Assembly: GCA_028534125.1 (NCBI GenBank)
Contig: CM052816.1
Coordinates: forward strand, 97,280,001-97,344,000
Length of the DNA: 64,000 nucleotides
Source of the DNA: Lama glama
Lineage: Eukaryota
Direction of reading: 5' to 3'
In this document: positions 1 to 12,646 of the stretch, piece after piece
How positions within the stretch are numbered: the stretch's first letter is position 1
How the letters are laid out: every line of letters starts with the position of its first letter
The notes under the pieces: model-generated
What the model was told of the DNA's origin: nothing
Databases searched by the model: none
Seen by the model: the letters and a program-made list of their open reading frames with translations, nothing else
Made by a program: the position numbers and the translations under genes

Positions 1-1322
1 GGCAGGCTTCGTCCACACCATAACGTTCACTACTTTTGAGAGCATCATTAAACTGCACCACAGCCCTGTCAAATCATTTCATACAGCATTTCACCTTCTC
101 TGATAATGAAAGGCAGGCAACACTTTCTTAAACTATTAAACCATCTTAAGAGAGAAAACCTTGCTTCCTTTATACAATCCCAAATGAACAATTTATTTTT
201 CCCAAATGTAAACGAACACAAAATCCTTAATTTTTAAACTATGCCTTTGAATAAAGGGAGCACGATGGATTCTAGAATGACTTTCATGACTAGGCAACTG
301 CTTCTAAAAACAGAATTTTTAAAAGATAGCCAAAGTTGAAATGCAATCTAATTTTGCAGCAGCATGTCTTCATTTTATCCTGTTCCCTGGTACATCTGTC
401 ACGAACAGCTTCTGTCATTTTCTGAGTCAAGGAAATTAAATGACAGAAGTTAAAGATTTTTCCTGTGTCAACTAATAATCGACACTTTTCTATCATCCTT
501 TGCAAGTGCCCCCGAGTTAGCCTCCTCATACCTCTTTTTACATCATTATCCTTTTTTGCCCTCTGCACCTAGCTGAAGTCCAGTGACTCCCAAAATGACT
601 CATTTCCTTTTATCTCATGTACAACAGCTCTCGTCAGCTTTGCTTTTGGTTCTAGTAGATGGAGTCCAACTAACACTTGGACGTGGGATTTTAGCATCCC
701 AGGAGGCCAGGTCCGTCCGTGTCAGCCACACAATCTATGAACCAACCCTGTCGGACACGGATACCTGCAGGTGAGGCAGGAACGGTCATATGACCAAGGG
801 GCCTTTAGAGGCAGTCATGAAAGATGTCATGTAACCTTGCTTGGCTCCTGCTTCACTTCATTTTATGGTTTCAGCGTATTTGGGGGAAAAAAGGTTTCCA
901 TGGTGCCTCCTCCCGGTGTGAGTGATACGAAATGCCTGGAGCATCCCAAAGTGCTGCCAGCAGGCAGTCCCCCAAGGAACAAGACGGGAACCTTTCCCAG
1001 ATGGTCCAGCTTCGGGGGACAACTGAGAAGAAACACCAAAGAAAAGGGTAGAATTTAGGGCCCAGAAAGAGTCCCTTTTAGGCTGAGCAAGGACTTCCTA
1101 CTATGACATTAGGTATTCACTATGCTTTCCTTATTTATTTTTTTATACTTATCTCTTCATTTGGAGTTTATTTTGGTTGTTGCTGGATGGTGAAGGTCTT
1201 TCTTCCCCTCAGTCACACAGCCAGTTTCTCACACTATCTGCTGAATACCTTTATCTCTATGAGACCCCTTATCTTAATTCCTTACATATCTTACTTTGTT
1301 TCTTTGTTCTTTTTTTCTATTC

Positions 1323-1598
1323 CAGGGGGTGGCAAGCTGTGGTCCACAGGTCAGATCAGGTCTGCACCTTGCTTTTGTGTAGCTGATGAGGTAAGAATGA
1401 GTTTTACATTTTTAAATGATTGGGGGAGAAAGAAAACAAGCAGTATATTTCATGAGAGATGAAAGTTATATAAATTTCAAATTTCAGTGTATGCTCATTT
1501 GTTTGGTCACTTTTGTGCTTAACAGAGATGGCTAGTTTGGCTCACAAAGCCGAAAAAAGGACTGCCTGGCCCTTTACAGAAAATGTTTGCAAACCATG
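1323..1598 (+). mobile_element. MER58B-like hAT-Charlie MITE
   Basis: Begins cagggggtggcaagctgtggtccacagg, contains taagaatgagttttacatttttaaatg and aaatttcaaatttcagtgt, ends tggccctttacagaaaatgtttgcaaaccatg (degenerate CAGGGGT/ACCCCTG TIRs). Confidence 0.85.
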
Positions 1599-1715
1599 AC
1601 AGTAGTTCATTGATCTGTGTACTGACTGTAAAACCTGTAACTGATAAGGCAGGTTTCATTAGAAATTATTTCTTTATTTTCCCAAATTCAATACATAATT
1701 GTCTAATCAAATTAC

Positions 1716-2084
1716 TATTATGGACTGAACGCTGGTGTCCACCCACCTGTTAATTCCTATGGTAAGGCCCTAACCCCGACGGTGACAGTTCCGGAAGATG
1801 GAGCCTCTGGGAGGTGGGCAGGATTAGATGAGGTCAAGCAGATAGAGTCCCCATTTGATGGGAAGAGTGCCTCTGCGGTAAGAGATGCCTGAAGTCTTGT
1901 CTGTCCTCTCTCCTAGCCCCCACAAAAAGACCTTATGATGACTTAATGAGAACCACCAAACCCCAACCATGCTGGCACCCAGACCTCAAACTTGCAGCCT
2001 CCAGAACAGTGAGAAACTACATTTCTGCCGTTGAAGCCACACGGTTTATGGTATTTTGTTATGGTAACCAAGCAGACTAACACA
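1716..2084 (+). mobile_element. ERVL-MaLR solo LTR, MLT1A/MLT1A0-like
   Basis: tattatggactgaac...ccctaacccc...gattagatgaggtca...cagcctccagaacagtgagaa...tatggtattttgttatgg...gactaacaca; 5-bp TSD attac/attat. Confidence 0.85.
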
Positions 2085-3344
2085 ATTATATATAAAAAAC
2101 AAGTTCACTGGGACGCTGAGTGTCAATGTTATAAATGAACTTGGTAAGGACTGATCTTGTTGTAACATTCACTATTTTCACCCAATGTCATGATATCATC
2201 CCACTCCTCAATTATTTGGATTTTTAAAATATCTCTCAGAAAAGCATTTTAGTTTTCTTCTGCATGTCTCTTATTTTTATTATTACTTTATTCTGGAATA
2301 GTGTACATTTTAAAATATTTCCAATAGAATACTTTCTTCTATTAAATTTTTTCTGAAACAAGGAAAACTTCACCAGTTTCTTGTATTTTATTTAGTCTCT
2401 TGGGTTTTTCTGGTAACAACATATTATTTGCAATAACAATAATAAAGATTATACAATAAGAATAATAAATTTCCTTTTCTTTTTCTAATCTTTACAGCTT
2501 TTTTCTCTTTTTCTTGTCTAATTGCATTGACTAGTATCGCCATAGTAACTTGGCAAGGTGGGAGGAGTACAGTAGTTCTAGACTCCTGGCAGCTCAGCCC
2601 CTAACTGATCCTTCCTCTAAATGTTTTTATATCCTTCTCCGTGTGCCTGCATTTATATTCCCTTTGATTTGCTCTCTCTTCTCCATATCTCCCCCTTACT
2701 TATCCATAACATATAATGGAATCATATTTTTAAATTACTGTCATTCTAAATATTGATACCATTTCTGTTCTTAATTTTAGAGGAGAAGCCTCATCCATGA
2801 AGTCATCCAGGTAGGTTTTTGTCAGCTACTATCTTCCAGGCACCAGGCCACACACGAGACTCTGGGAGTTCTGAGCTGAAGCCCACCCCTCCCTGGAGGG
2901 TGCGGGGAGCCCATGTGTGGTGGGAATGCGGTGAAGGTGGCCGGGCTGGGGGAAGGGAGTCGTCACTTTTTCCTGTGTTTGACTTTTTTTTTTTCCATGT
3001 ACATCACAGTTATAATAAATTCAATGCTTTTGACTTAAAGGAAAGTAAAATTGAAACTAAAATTCTTAAATTAGAAAAAGAAAACAGCAATGTGTCAGTT
3101 AAGTACCTTCCAACCTAGCAGAGAAGAAGCCAAATGAAGAAGTCAGACTCAGGATACTGCCCAGTGCTGTCAAGGACAAGTTACAGGCCAGTTACTGGAC
3201 AATCAGCAGGAGGAGGGACCCTGGTCTGAGCAGGAAGCAGGGTGAGCTGAGAGTTCACAGAGCAGGTGAGTTGAGTCTCAAGGGATGAGATGGCGCTGAG
3301 TCATGGGAGTGATGTCTTGTGGCTAAAAGGGCGCTATGCCTTGG

Positions 3345-3437
3345 CAGCAGGTCTAGATTCTGACTTCACTTACCATTGATTGTATAATTCTTTGCAGTTC
3401 GATCAAACCTGAGCCTCAGATTCTTCACTGGTAAATC
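3345..3437 (+). mobile_element. MIR fragment
   Basis: aaacctgagcctcagattcttcactggtaaa resembles the MIR core. Confidence 0.5.
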
Positions 3438-3454
3438 ACCTGGGGATCAAGTGA

Positions 3455-3635
3455 TCTCTGTCTACCTCTGTCTCTAGCTATTAATTATCTATCCGTCTGA
3501 CATCTATCCTGTCTATCCATCTGATATCTACCTACCTACCTACGTACCTATCTGTATCTGTATCACGCTATCTAGGTGTCATCTCTCTCTGTAGATAAAT
3601 AGATGTACATATGAACATGGATATGGACATAGACT
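3455..3635. repeat. Degenerate (TATC/TACC)n simple repeat
   Basis: tatctatcc...tctatccatc...tacctacctacctacgtacctatctgtatctg. Confidence 0.7.
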
Positions 3636-4193
3636 TAAGTACAGATTCCCATGCCCATCAAGCTCAGTTCATATTACCACCACTGGTCCACGGCCATCAT
3701 TTCAGGATGGCCCTGCATTCACATGCGTGGTGTGACAATAGACCACCTACCATCGTCTGCCGACTTACAAAGCCTCCTGGCTGCAGGCCTTTCTCTGACA
3801 GTTGTGCATCCAGATTATCACAGACACGTCTGGGCAAATGAGAGACATCCAGTTAGCTACCTGAACACGACCCCCAGGGAGCACGGCATTCAAAGGCCCC
3901 GTCAGCTGCTTATTAGATTAAGTCGTCTCCCTCTGCTGAAACGAAGCCCTGTAGCAAACGTGATGAAATTTAATTAACTGTACATTCTCCTTCTGTCACA
4001 TTTGTCAGAACTCACGAGTTGACTTAGACTCTAGACTTGCCTGGTGCAGACATAAGCCTGCACAGAGGAGATCCTGGGAAGGAAGACATAGAGGGAAAGT
4101 AAAGATGAGTAATAGAGAAGCTGAAACAACGGGCAGGCTTGCAAACTTCTCGGAGATCTGAACACTGGCTGCTTTTTAAAACTGCATTTCCAA

Positions 4194-4340
4194 GGAGGAA
4201 GGTATAGCTCAAGTGGTAGAGTGCATGCTCAGCATCCACAAGGTCCTGGGTTCAACCCCCAGTACCTCCTCTAAAAATAAATAAGCTAAACCTAAATACC
4301 TGCCCCCAAAAACTTTAAAAAAATTTTTTAAACGTTAAAA
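4194..4340 (+). mobile_element. Camelid tRNA-derived SINE (Vic-1 type)
   Basis: ggtatagctcaagtggtagagtgcatgctcagcatccacaaggtcctgggttcaacccccagtacctcc with Pol III A and B boxes and an A-rich tail; imperfect TSD ending catttcca on both sides. Confidence 0.88.
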
Positions 4341-4869
4341 ATGTTACATTTCCAGTTTAAATTTCCACATCAATAATTACATGAATTTTTTTCTCAAACC
4401 CTAAACTGCCTCTATTAACTGTTCATGAATGAGTCCAAGTTCACTGGTCTGCCACACAAAAAAAGAAAATGAGATAAATAAAATCAATGATTTACTTTCC
4501 TTCCAAATAGAGTTACAGTCATATTTATCAGTCTTGAGACACGAAAAAACTACACCAAGGTGGTTAGATTCGGGGGCCAGCTTATTCTTGTCCAATACAG
4601 AGTCGAGTCCAGTATTTTCCTTCCTTAGTGAGCTCTGTGTTTCATCACTCTGGGTAGGAGATCTGCCTTTACGTGCATTTCTCCATCCTACTGCTGCTAC
4701 AGTATAAGGTGAGTGTTTAGAAAACAGTACAATGACTAGCTGATTTTCTCTCTGCAAGAACCAGAGTTAGAAGACAGCGTGACAGTGAGCAGGAAGCTGG
4801 TGCTGGACCAGCTACCACAACCTTGCCAGTAACGGGTGTCGTCATTCTTATAAATTAAGCCATTTCGGC

Positions 4870-7800
4870 TTGTGGATGGCGTTACTTTCAATTCTGATTT
4901 GCATTTGCATTTCCCTGTTGATTAATGATGGTTTTTACAAACCATCCTCTGTGAAATGTCTGTTCAGATCTTTGGTCTCAGTTTTTGTTTTTAATTTTTT
5001 ATTGAGTTATAGTCAGTTTACAATGTTGTGTCAAATTCCAGTGTAGAGAACGATTTTTCAGTCATACATGAACATACATATATATTCATTGTCACGTTCT
5101 TTCTTGCCGCGAGCTACCACAAGATCTTGTATGTATTTCCCTGTGAGATACAGTATGACCTTGTTTATCTATTTTGCGTATGTCTGTCAGTATCTACAGA
5201 TTTTGAAATCCCAGCCTGTTCCTCCCCACCCCCCGCCCCCTTGTCTCGTTTTTAATTAGGTTGTTTTTCTTCATATTATTGAACTGCAGTTCTTTACTCA
5301 TTCTGGATAAAAAGGTTTTTGTCAGACCTACATTTTGTAATATGTTTCCCTATCTTTGGCTTACCTATTCATGTTCTTAATGGTGTTTCTGATGAGAAAA
5401 TTTTATTCTTTTAATGTTACTATTTTCTGTTTCTCGCATAAAAGAAAACTCATTGTCTATTTTAGCCCCGACAAAGATGTTCGTTAACGTTTTCATCTGG
5501 AAGCTTTATGGTTGTTTTTGTGTTTAGCTACAATTAGATAATTCACCTGGATTTAATTTCTTTTTATTTTTATGTGTGTTTTTTGCATGCATGTCCAGTT
5601 GTTTCAGCACCATTTTGAAAAGACTTTTCATTTACCCATGAGACTGCTTCTGCACCTCCGCCCCAAACCAGACGCCTGTGTTAGCTGGTCTGTTCCGGAC
5701 TCCCTGTGCTGACCGTCATGCTAGTACCGCCCTGTCCTGAACGCTAAAGCCAACCCAAGCGAGTCTGGTAACCTGGCTCTACTTTTACAGGATTACTCTG
5801 ACTCTCCTAAGTCCTTTGCATTTCAACATAAGTTTTACATCAGTTGATACATTTCTACAAGAAGCCTACTGGGCCTACAATTGGGACTGACCGACTATAT
5901 ATAACAACCTTGAGATAATTCATATTTTAATAATTTTGAGGCTTTCAGGCCATGAACACACTGTACTGCTCTCCTTTCTTTGCTCTTTTAAAAATATCTC
6001 TCAGCAACTGTGTAATTTTAAATGTAGAGATCTCACTTGTCTTTTTAAAAAATTTATTATGCACTTTTTTACATAAATGTAAAGGAAATTATATCTCTAC
6101 TTTTCTTTTTCAACTTTCTTCCCTGCCAGTATATAAAGGTACAATTGACCTTTGTATATTGGCTTGGCATCCCTCAACTTTGTTATGTTCATATATTAGC
6201 TCTACTGGTTGTTTAATAGATTGTTTAGGATTTTCCCTGTAAATAATTTGTCCTGTGCAAAGAGACCATTTCACTTGTTACCTTCTGTTTCCTCTGACTT
6301 CCTTTTCTTGCCTCCTTTTCCTTGTATGACCTGCAGTAAAACTACTGAACTGAACTGCCTTGTTCTAGATCATAAAGGGAAAATGTTCAATATTTGACTA
6401 AGACGTCATTTGTATTTTTTTCATATATGCCCGTTATCAGTTTGAAAGTGTTCCTGTCTTCTAAATTGCTAAGAGTTTCTATCACAGAATGGTGTTGAAT
6501 TTTGCCGAATGCTTTTTCCATTTATTGCAACCTTCATATAATTGTTCTTTGTTCTGTGAATTTGGTGGTCGAAACTGATGAATTTTCATGCTGAATCCAT
6601 CCTACATCCTCAGAACAAACCCAGTGTGGTCAAGATATGCTATCTTTTGTACGTATTGGCAGATTTGATTTGCTGAGACTTTAGTAAGGATTTTGCATAT
6701 AAATTCATTAAGCGTATGGGTCAGTTATTTTATTTAGTTGAATATCTTTACTAGGTTTTGGTATCTGGGTTACGCTGGCCTCATAAAATGAGTTGAGAGG
6801 TGTTCTCTCTGTTTCTATTTTTTTTAATGGTTCGTGTAAAACTGGTGTTATTTTCCCTCTAATCATCACCAATTCATTCTAAGAGGATGTCTTACTCTTT
6901 TAGATTCTGTCAGCTCTGTTTTCAGCCATCTGTAGCGCATAGTATTCGTGACTGTCACATCTTCCTAATAAAAGCACCATCACGTTACTGTGCGAAGTCT
7001 GGTCGTTCTCTGGGTCTTGCACGTGATACTAACGTGACCACTCCTGTCTTACAGGGCTTGCTTGTATGGTGTATCTTTCAAATATTTTAGCCTATATATC
7101 TTTATATTTAAAGAGCATCTCTTATCAACAGCATATAACTGAGTTTTGCTTTTACCTATTCTGATTATATCGACCTATTAATTAGTGCATTTAATCCATT
7201 TATTTTAACATAATTATTAACAGGGTTGGATTTAGGTCTGCTATTTAACTCCAGCTTTTATGTTTGTCCGGTCTGTTTCGTGTCCCTCTTCTTTTCCTTT
7301 CCTCTTGTCTTTCGATAAATTGAATTTGTTAAAAAAAAAATTCCATTTCAATTAACTTGCTGCCTTTTGAGCCAGCTTGGGTGCGTCCTGTAGCGATGAC
7401 AAGATCCACCCCTAACTTTTCCACTTAATGTAACAGGCAAGCTCAGTAGGCAGCAGTCCCCTGCCGTGGGCAGCAGCTGTAGCCTCTGTTCAGCTCCTGT
7501 ATCTTCAGCTGTGTCCCAGGGTTCTGTCCTGTTCCTGTTTATTTCAAGAGTCAGCCTGAGGTGTGTATGGTGTTTATATTCGGTATCGGGGGCTCTCCCT
7601 CTGTGGCTCTGTCCCTCCAAGCATTTCCCCTCCTCCTGTTCCACTGACTGCCCTGTCAATGAATTCCTTTAGTGATGGTACAGTCCAGGGAAACTGCAGA
7701 GTTCTTCCTGAACTGTATCCATGCCTCCGGGGCTGACTAGGGTCCTCCCTAATACCCCACATCCATAAAAACAGGAAACTCATCCAGGTGCTGTGCCTTT

Positions 7801-7958
7801 ATTTCCAAGTGCGACTCCAATCTGATTCTGCTTCTTTTCAGTCACTCCCTGGTACCTTCAGGCAGTTTTGTTTTATATTTTTATCCAGAGTTTGTAGTGT
7901 TATCTCGGGGACATTTGGTTTGACAGGAGCTACTCTACCATCAACGGAAGTGAAACTC
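4870..7958 (-). mobile_element. Old L1 (L1M4/L1MC-MD-type), internally deleted, running from ORF2 3' region through ORF2 start to a 5'-end motif
   Basis: Antisense ORF2 phrases (gcatttccctg...attaatgatg; gtttcagcaccattttgaaaagact; gatcataaagggaaaatgttcaatatt; gctggcctcataaaatgagttg; aacagcatataactgagtttt). Minus-strand end reads gagtttcacttccgttgatggtagagtagct, like an old L1 5' terminus. Confidence 0.75.
4987..5240 (-). mobile_element. Young camelid L1 3'-UTR tail (5'-truncated), nested in the old L1
   Basis: Reverse complement of the tail also at 32372 and 47087 (gagctaccacaagatcttg...gtcagtatctacagattttgaa); poly(T) on the left; TSD ttg(g)tctc(a)gttttt. Confidence 0.9.
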
Positions 7959-7959
7959 T

Positions 7960-8025
7960 ATGACCCCATTATAAAGACCAGAAAGACCAAGGCACGGAGT
8001 TTAAGTAACTTTCCTAAGGCTTACT
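7960..8025 (-). mobile_element. MIR fragment
   Basis: ccccattataaag...gaaagaccaaggcacggagtttaagtaactttcctaagg. Confidence 0.5.
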
Positions 8026-10114
8026 TCCCATTTCAGGGGGATAGTGTAGCAGCAGACAATGAAGGTCTCAGTTGGCAGGAAATATATCTGGGCTTCTACA
8101 AGCAGTCCTTAGTTGCAAATGTCTGTCTTTATTCCTATCTCTCCTACCAGCCACTAGGAAGGATTGTCTGTGGACTCAGAGGATCTTGGTACCACCTTCC
8201 ACCGCAAGCTCCCACAGAGCCCCACCTTGCCGGGAGCACAGAGGTGCATAAGGGATGGGGAAAGCGGTGGCAGTCAGCCCTGAGAGCTGGTACCTTGGCT
8301 GTTCAAGTATAAACTTGGACGTGAAGCCCTTTAACTGAGCCCTGAGGCTGGTCACACCATGCAGTCAGGGAAAAGCAAGCTCTGAAAACAACATCCCCAC
8401 AATTCTAAAACATTTAGTTCCTTCAAAGAAATTAGATAAACAAACAGCACAATTTATTGCAGAAACACCCCAACAAGACAAAACAATAACAAACAAAACT
8501 AACTTGCTAAAGAGAATAATTTCTCTTTTAAAAATACCCAGCCAGGAAGTAGGAACACGCAAAAGATCCTTCAGTGTAAGGAAAGGTGAGAAGAGCTGAG
8601 AGTTGGTGCTGGGACACCTCAATGCTGTGTTTATGTAACTTTCTAAATAAAAAAGTACCAGGAGTGCCTTCAAGACGTCTCTTTCAACTTGACCACTGGC
8701 ACCATCTCAATGCACAGGTTAACGCTTCAGAAGGCCGCCTCTCCGGGAAACTCTCCAAGTGCTCTCAGATATATGAAGGCCAAGAAACAAAGTACCAACG
8801 GTCCACAGTAGAAGCATCCTCATTGCATACATCTTTGATCAATGCACAGTGATCAGCTGGAGGGAGCTCAGCTGAAAGTGTGATGTCTTTTCTGAGAACA
8901 AAGGGAGACCCTCGCAGGTGTGTGTCTGCCGGCCCCTCCGCCCTGGCCAGAACAGCCGCTTCTCTCTTGCCCTTTTCCTCTGTGGACCCCAGAGTTTCAC
9001 CTTCCTCTTACTCTTGGCAGCCATCAAAATTTAAGTAATTTACCCACTTTTCTTTTCTCTGGTATTGGAGTCAGGGAACAGATTCTCAAAGCTTCCCTTT
9101 ACCTCCTGTTCCAGAGGCGAACTATGCCCCTTAACTTTCCTAAGCTCGGTTTTAATTTAATATCACTTTAACATCATCTGAATACTGGCAGTCACAAGAC
9201 AGTGTAAGTCAGGGGGGAAACGGCACGCCTACAGGGTATTTACCAGACCACAAGGTGGCCTTCTGAGAAGGTTCTCCAGGTGTTCTCCGTGACTCAACAC
9301 TTCACAGCTGCCGGCCCCACCCCTGCTGGGCCAAATTCACAACTTCATCAGCATCTTACTTTGTTCCTTGAATGCAAACCACAGACACCTTTTCCTTTGG
9401 CGGGGGGAACCCTCTCTGTCACCTACATACATGTCAAAATCATTTAAGTGTGTTAACTGCAAATCTGATGGAAGGTAAAATTGTTTTGAAGTCTTCCAAA
9501 TAGAGAGCGAATCTACTTTAATGTCTTCTAGAACATGAAGTAGCTTTACAGACATGCTGTCAAGACAGACTTCCTTTCTTTGGTCATATATCTGATGTTC
9601 AATTAAAATTGAAATGCTCCCTTACTTTAATGCAATCATTCTAATCCCTCACATCTGCCCTAAAATGTGACCTATTCACTCTGGCTTTCCTTGGCCACTC
9701 TAGAATACATAAGCAATTCCATTTCTCTGGCTGGCAGAGACTAATGCTTGGAATGTGAGCCACTCTGTGAACAAGAGAGATTAACAGCATCTCTATCATG
9801 AACTCAAGGGAAAAAGAATAATTTTCAATACAGATTAATTAGAAAGGAATTAAGCATCCTGAGATACTGGAACCTCTTAATGAAGATACACACTGAAAGG
9901 TGCCATGTTAAAAAGTGACATCTTCAGTAAAGGTAAATCTATTCAGGTACACCACACTTGCAAGTAACTTTCACCCAAATAGTCTGCCAATTTTAAATAG
10001 GTCTGCTGGCTCTACTTGTCAAACAAAATAGGTTTATATCTGGGGATGTGCTTAGAATAAATCCCCTAGTTAAGAGAGCTCTTAAAAACGACGTCTGTAA
10101 GTGTGCATGTGGAT

Positions 10115-10220
10115 GTGAATCAAATGCTTCAATTTCCATCCTCATTTACAAGCCCTGTGACCATTCGCTAGCTACTTGAGTGATCTGCGTCTCTGTTTCA
10201 TGTTCTGTAAGTAGGGACAC
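10115..10220 (+). mobile_element. MIR fragment
   Basis: ctgtgacc...cttgagtgatctgcgtctctgtttcatgttctgtaagtaggg. Confidence 0.5.
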
Positions 10221-11479
10221 TGCCATTTTGTGCACTGAAAACCAAAGTATATGTTGAACACTATTGCTTCGTACAGTGTCTGCATACAGCCAGCATTTGA
10301 GAATGGTAGCTATGATTTTTATTTATCCAAGAACCCTTGGAATTCTTGGGTTATATTACATGCTCTTACGGAAGCTATCACGAGAGGATTCCTTATTTTC
10401 TGTAACCCTGTTTCACCTGAACCCTCTAGCATGGCACAGTCCTGTTGTTTCCAAATGCAGACCTGGAAATGCAGGTGCGTGGTGGGGCGGGGAACCTCTA
10501 CCATCTGTAATTAATGAGCTGCCTCTGTCCAGCGACCCACAGGGAGTGTCTCTGGAGTGACATGAGCAGTTTCCAGCCACCCTGTCCCTCCCCCAAGGAG
10601 GCTCACCCTGAGCTGCAGATTTAGCACAGAACCATCTGCGACAGCCCTGTGACAGCTCTGTTACTGCCACCCGCCTCCTGGGAGGCCTGTGAGCAGCACA
10701 GTGAGCCAGAGAAAAAGCATTTTTGGCTCCACTTTCATGGGGGCTGCAGGAGGGAAGCCGAGGACGCTCACACTCACAGACTTCTGGTGGAGAGCTCTAA
10801 ACCCAGAACCCCAACCCGGAGGGTCCATTCCAGCACATTCCACTCCACATAATAGCTCCTTGTGCTTCAGTAAACAGAAAGAGAACAGACTCACTGGTCA
10901 AAAATAGACAGACACACACAGACGCACCACCCCCTTCAGGAACAGGTCAGTGTTTCTGAATTCTTGAAAAACAACAACGTCATATGAGAGGTAATTCATT
11001 TAAAAAATCTCAGTTGTGTTTTCCAGTAGATCTGATTATTTATAGTACATTCAAATTTTTTAAGAAGCATTGGTTTAAAAATAGAACATCGTGGTAAAGA
11101 TGATCCATGATACATATTTGATTGCAAACAAATAGTTGAAATTTAATTTTCTTAACTGGCCCACATTTGGAAATGAAGTCAGTTGCATTCCGAAGAGGAA
11201 CTATAAGATGAATGGCTTCATTAAAGGTGGCATAGGGGCAGAATACTTACTATTTTGACTCTGGAAGTCCTAAGGTTTAGGAATATTTAAGATAAAAGCT
11301 AATCTCCAGTGAAATCAACAAAACAAGAGCAAGACATGAACTATAAAACATGACTGCAAAGGCACTTGGCGTTTCAGAAATTCTACCTTCGCTTTATGAA
11401 ATCAAAGCTGTCACAACATGACTGTTTCTGGAACATCATTTTTATATTTAAGTAAACCATATGGAGTCTTTTTCAAACA

Positions 11480-12100
11480 GTATTATATGTATTATATGTT
11501 TATTAAAGAAATGGAAAACAGACAATCCAAAAGAAAATATTAAAAATTACCTATCATTCAAATATCTGTAATCCAAAATGACCCACTTCAGTATTTTGAT
11601 GAACATCCTTCCAATAGTTTGTTTTCATATATAGCTACTTTTCTTTCAAAAAAAGAACTGCAATATTCCCATAATTTAGAATTGTGTTTCTTTCACATAA
11701 TAATGTAAATTATTGTAAAAATTACTGTCATATTGTCATCCTATTGTCAGCCTGCAAAGTCTTTATATTATATGCAAACGTAACCAAAGTTATTTCACTA
11801 ATCCCTTGCTGTCAGATATCCGATTCTTCCCACATTTTGCCATTATAAAACACACTGTGATAAACATTCCTAGAGGCTAAATTTTTGCACACATTCATTG
11901 GCACTTCCTTGGGATACAGGATGACAAGCATCACGGTGGGTCAAAGGGCACTGTCCATGTGAAGGTCATCGCTGTTTGAACAGGCTGCCCTACAAATACA
12001 GGAGCCAGTTTAAAGGCCACAGGTCCATTTGCACAGATTCTTACCGACCCTGGGTTTTACATACATCTGAAAACTCTGCTTGTTAATGGTTTAATTTAAA
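11480..12100 (-). mobile_element. Ancient L1ME 3' fragment
   Basis: ttttgccattataaaacacactgtgataaacattcc...gggtcaaagggca are typical antisense L1ME 3' phrases. Confidence 0.6.
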
Positions 12101-12131
12101 CATTGGGAATATAATACAGCTGTTGGCTATT

Positions 12132-12161
12132 TGTGTGTGTGTGTGTGTGTGTCTGTGTGTG
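12132..12161. repeat. (TG)n microsatellite, interrupted
   Basis: tgtgtgtgtgtgtgtgtgtgtctgtgtgtg. Confidence 0.95.
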
Positions 12162-12646
12162 ACAGGGAGAAACAACAGCTCCACAGCAGCAGCCTGTGTC
12201 TCCCCTCTCCAGTCCCATCACTGTTTTTTGAATTCATTTGCAAACATTCCTTTATCCATTAAGGAAATCAACTCTGTACCACAGACGTGGCAAATGTTTT
12301 CTCAGTTTTTGTATAACTTATTGCTTAGGATAATCTTCATGCAAAGAAACTCACGTAGTCACATAAGACAGTCTCTCCCCTCGTGTCTCCCTTTCTAGAA
12401 CCACACATCTGCTTCCCCTGCAACACGGAAAAGAGGTGACCGCCTGGCACTTCTCTAAGAACAGCCCTCCTGACGCCCCCCCACTCACCCTCTCCAGGAA
12501 ACACGCTCAGTAATTTCTTGTACCTCATGTGAACACGAGTTCGCATGTTTTTTATTATAATGTCAGGTCACTAGCTTATTAAGGTGAATTAAAAAAAAAC
12601 AAGCCTCAAATTTCTTCAATAATAACCAAATAATATGAAACCTAAA

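Larger units (their letters stand above)
1110..2800 (-). mobile_element. Ancient L1 (L1ME/L1M-type) ORF2 fragments, interrupted by MER58B and an MLT1A LTR
   Basis: T-rich antisense L1 phrases (tttttctattc...cattgatctgtgt; ttgtctaattgcattgactagta; atttctgttcttaattttagaggagaagc) resume on both sides of the nested elements. Confidence 0.6.

Noticed and set aside
4200..4270. Possible tRNA-Ala-like gene
   Set aside because: It continues into a SINE body and A-rich tail with TSD, and two further diverged copies are present, so it is a SINE head.
5602..5612. REST half-site ttcagcacc
   Set aside because: Part of the ordinary antisense L1 phrase (ccagcaccatttgttgaa) with no right half-site.
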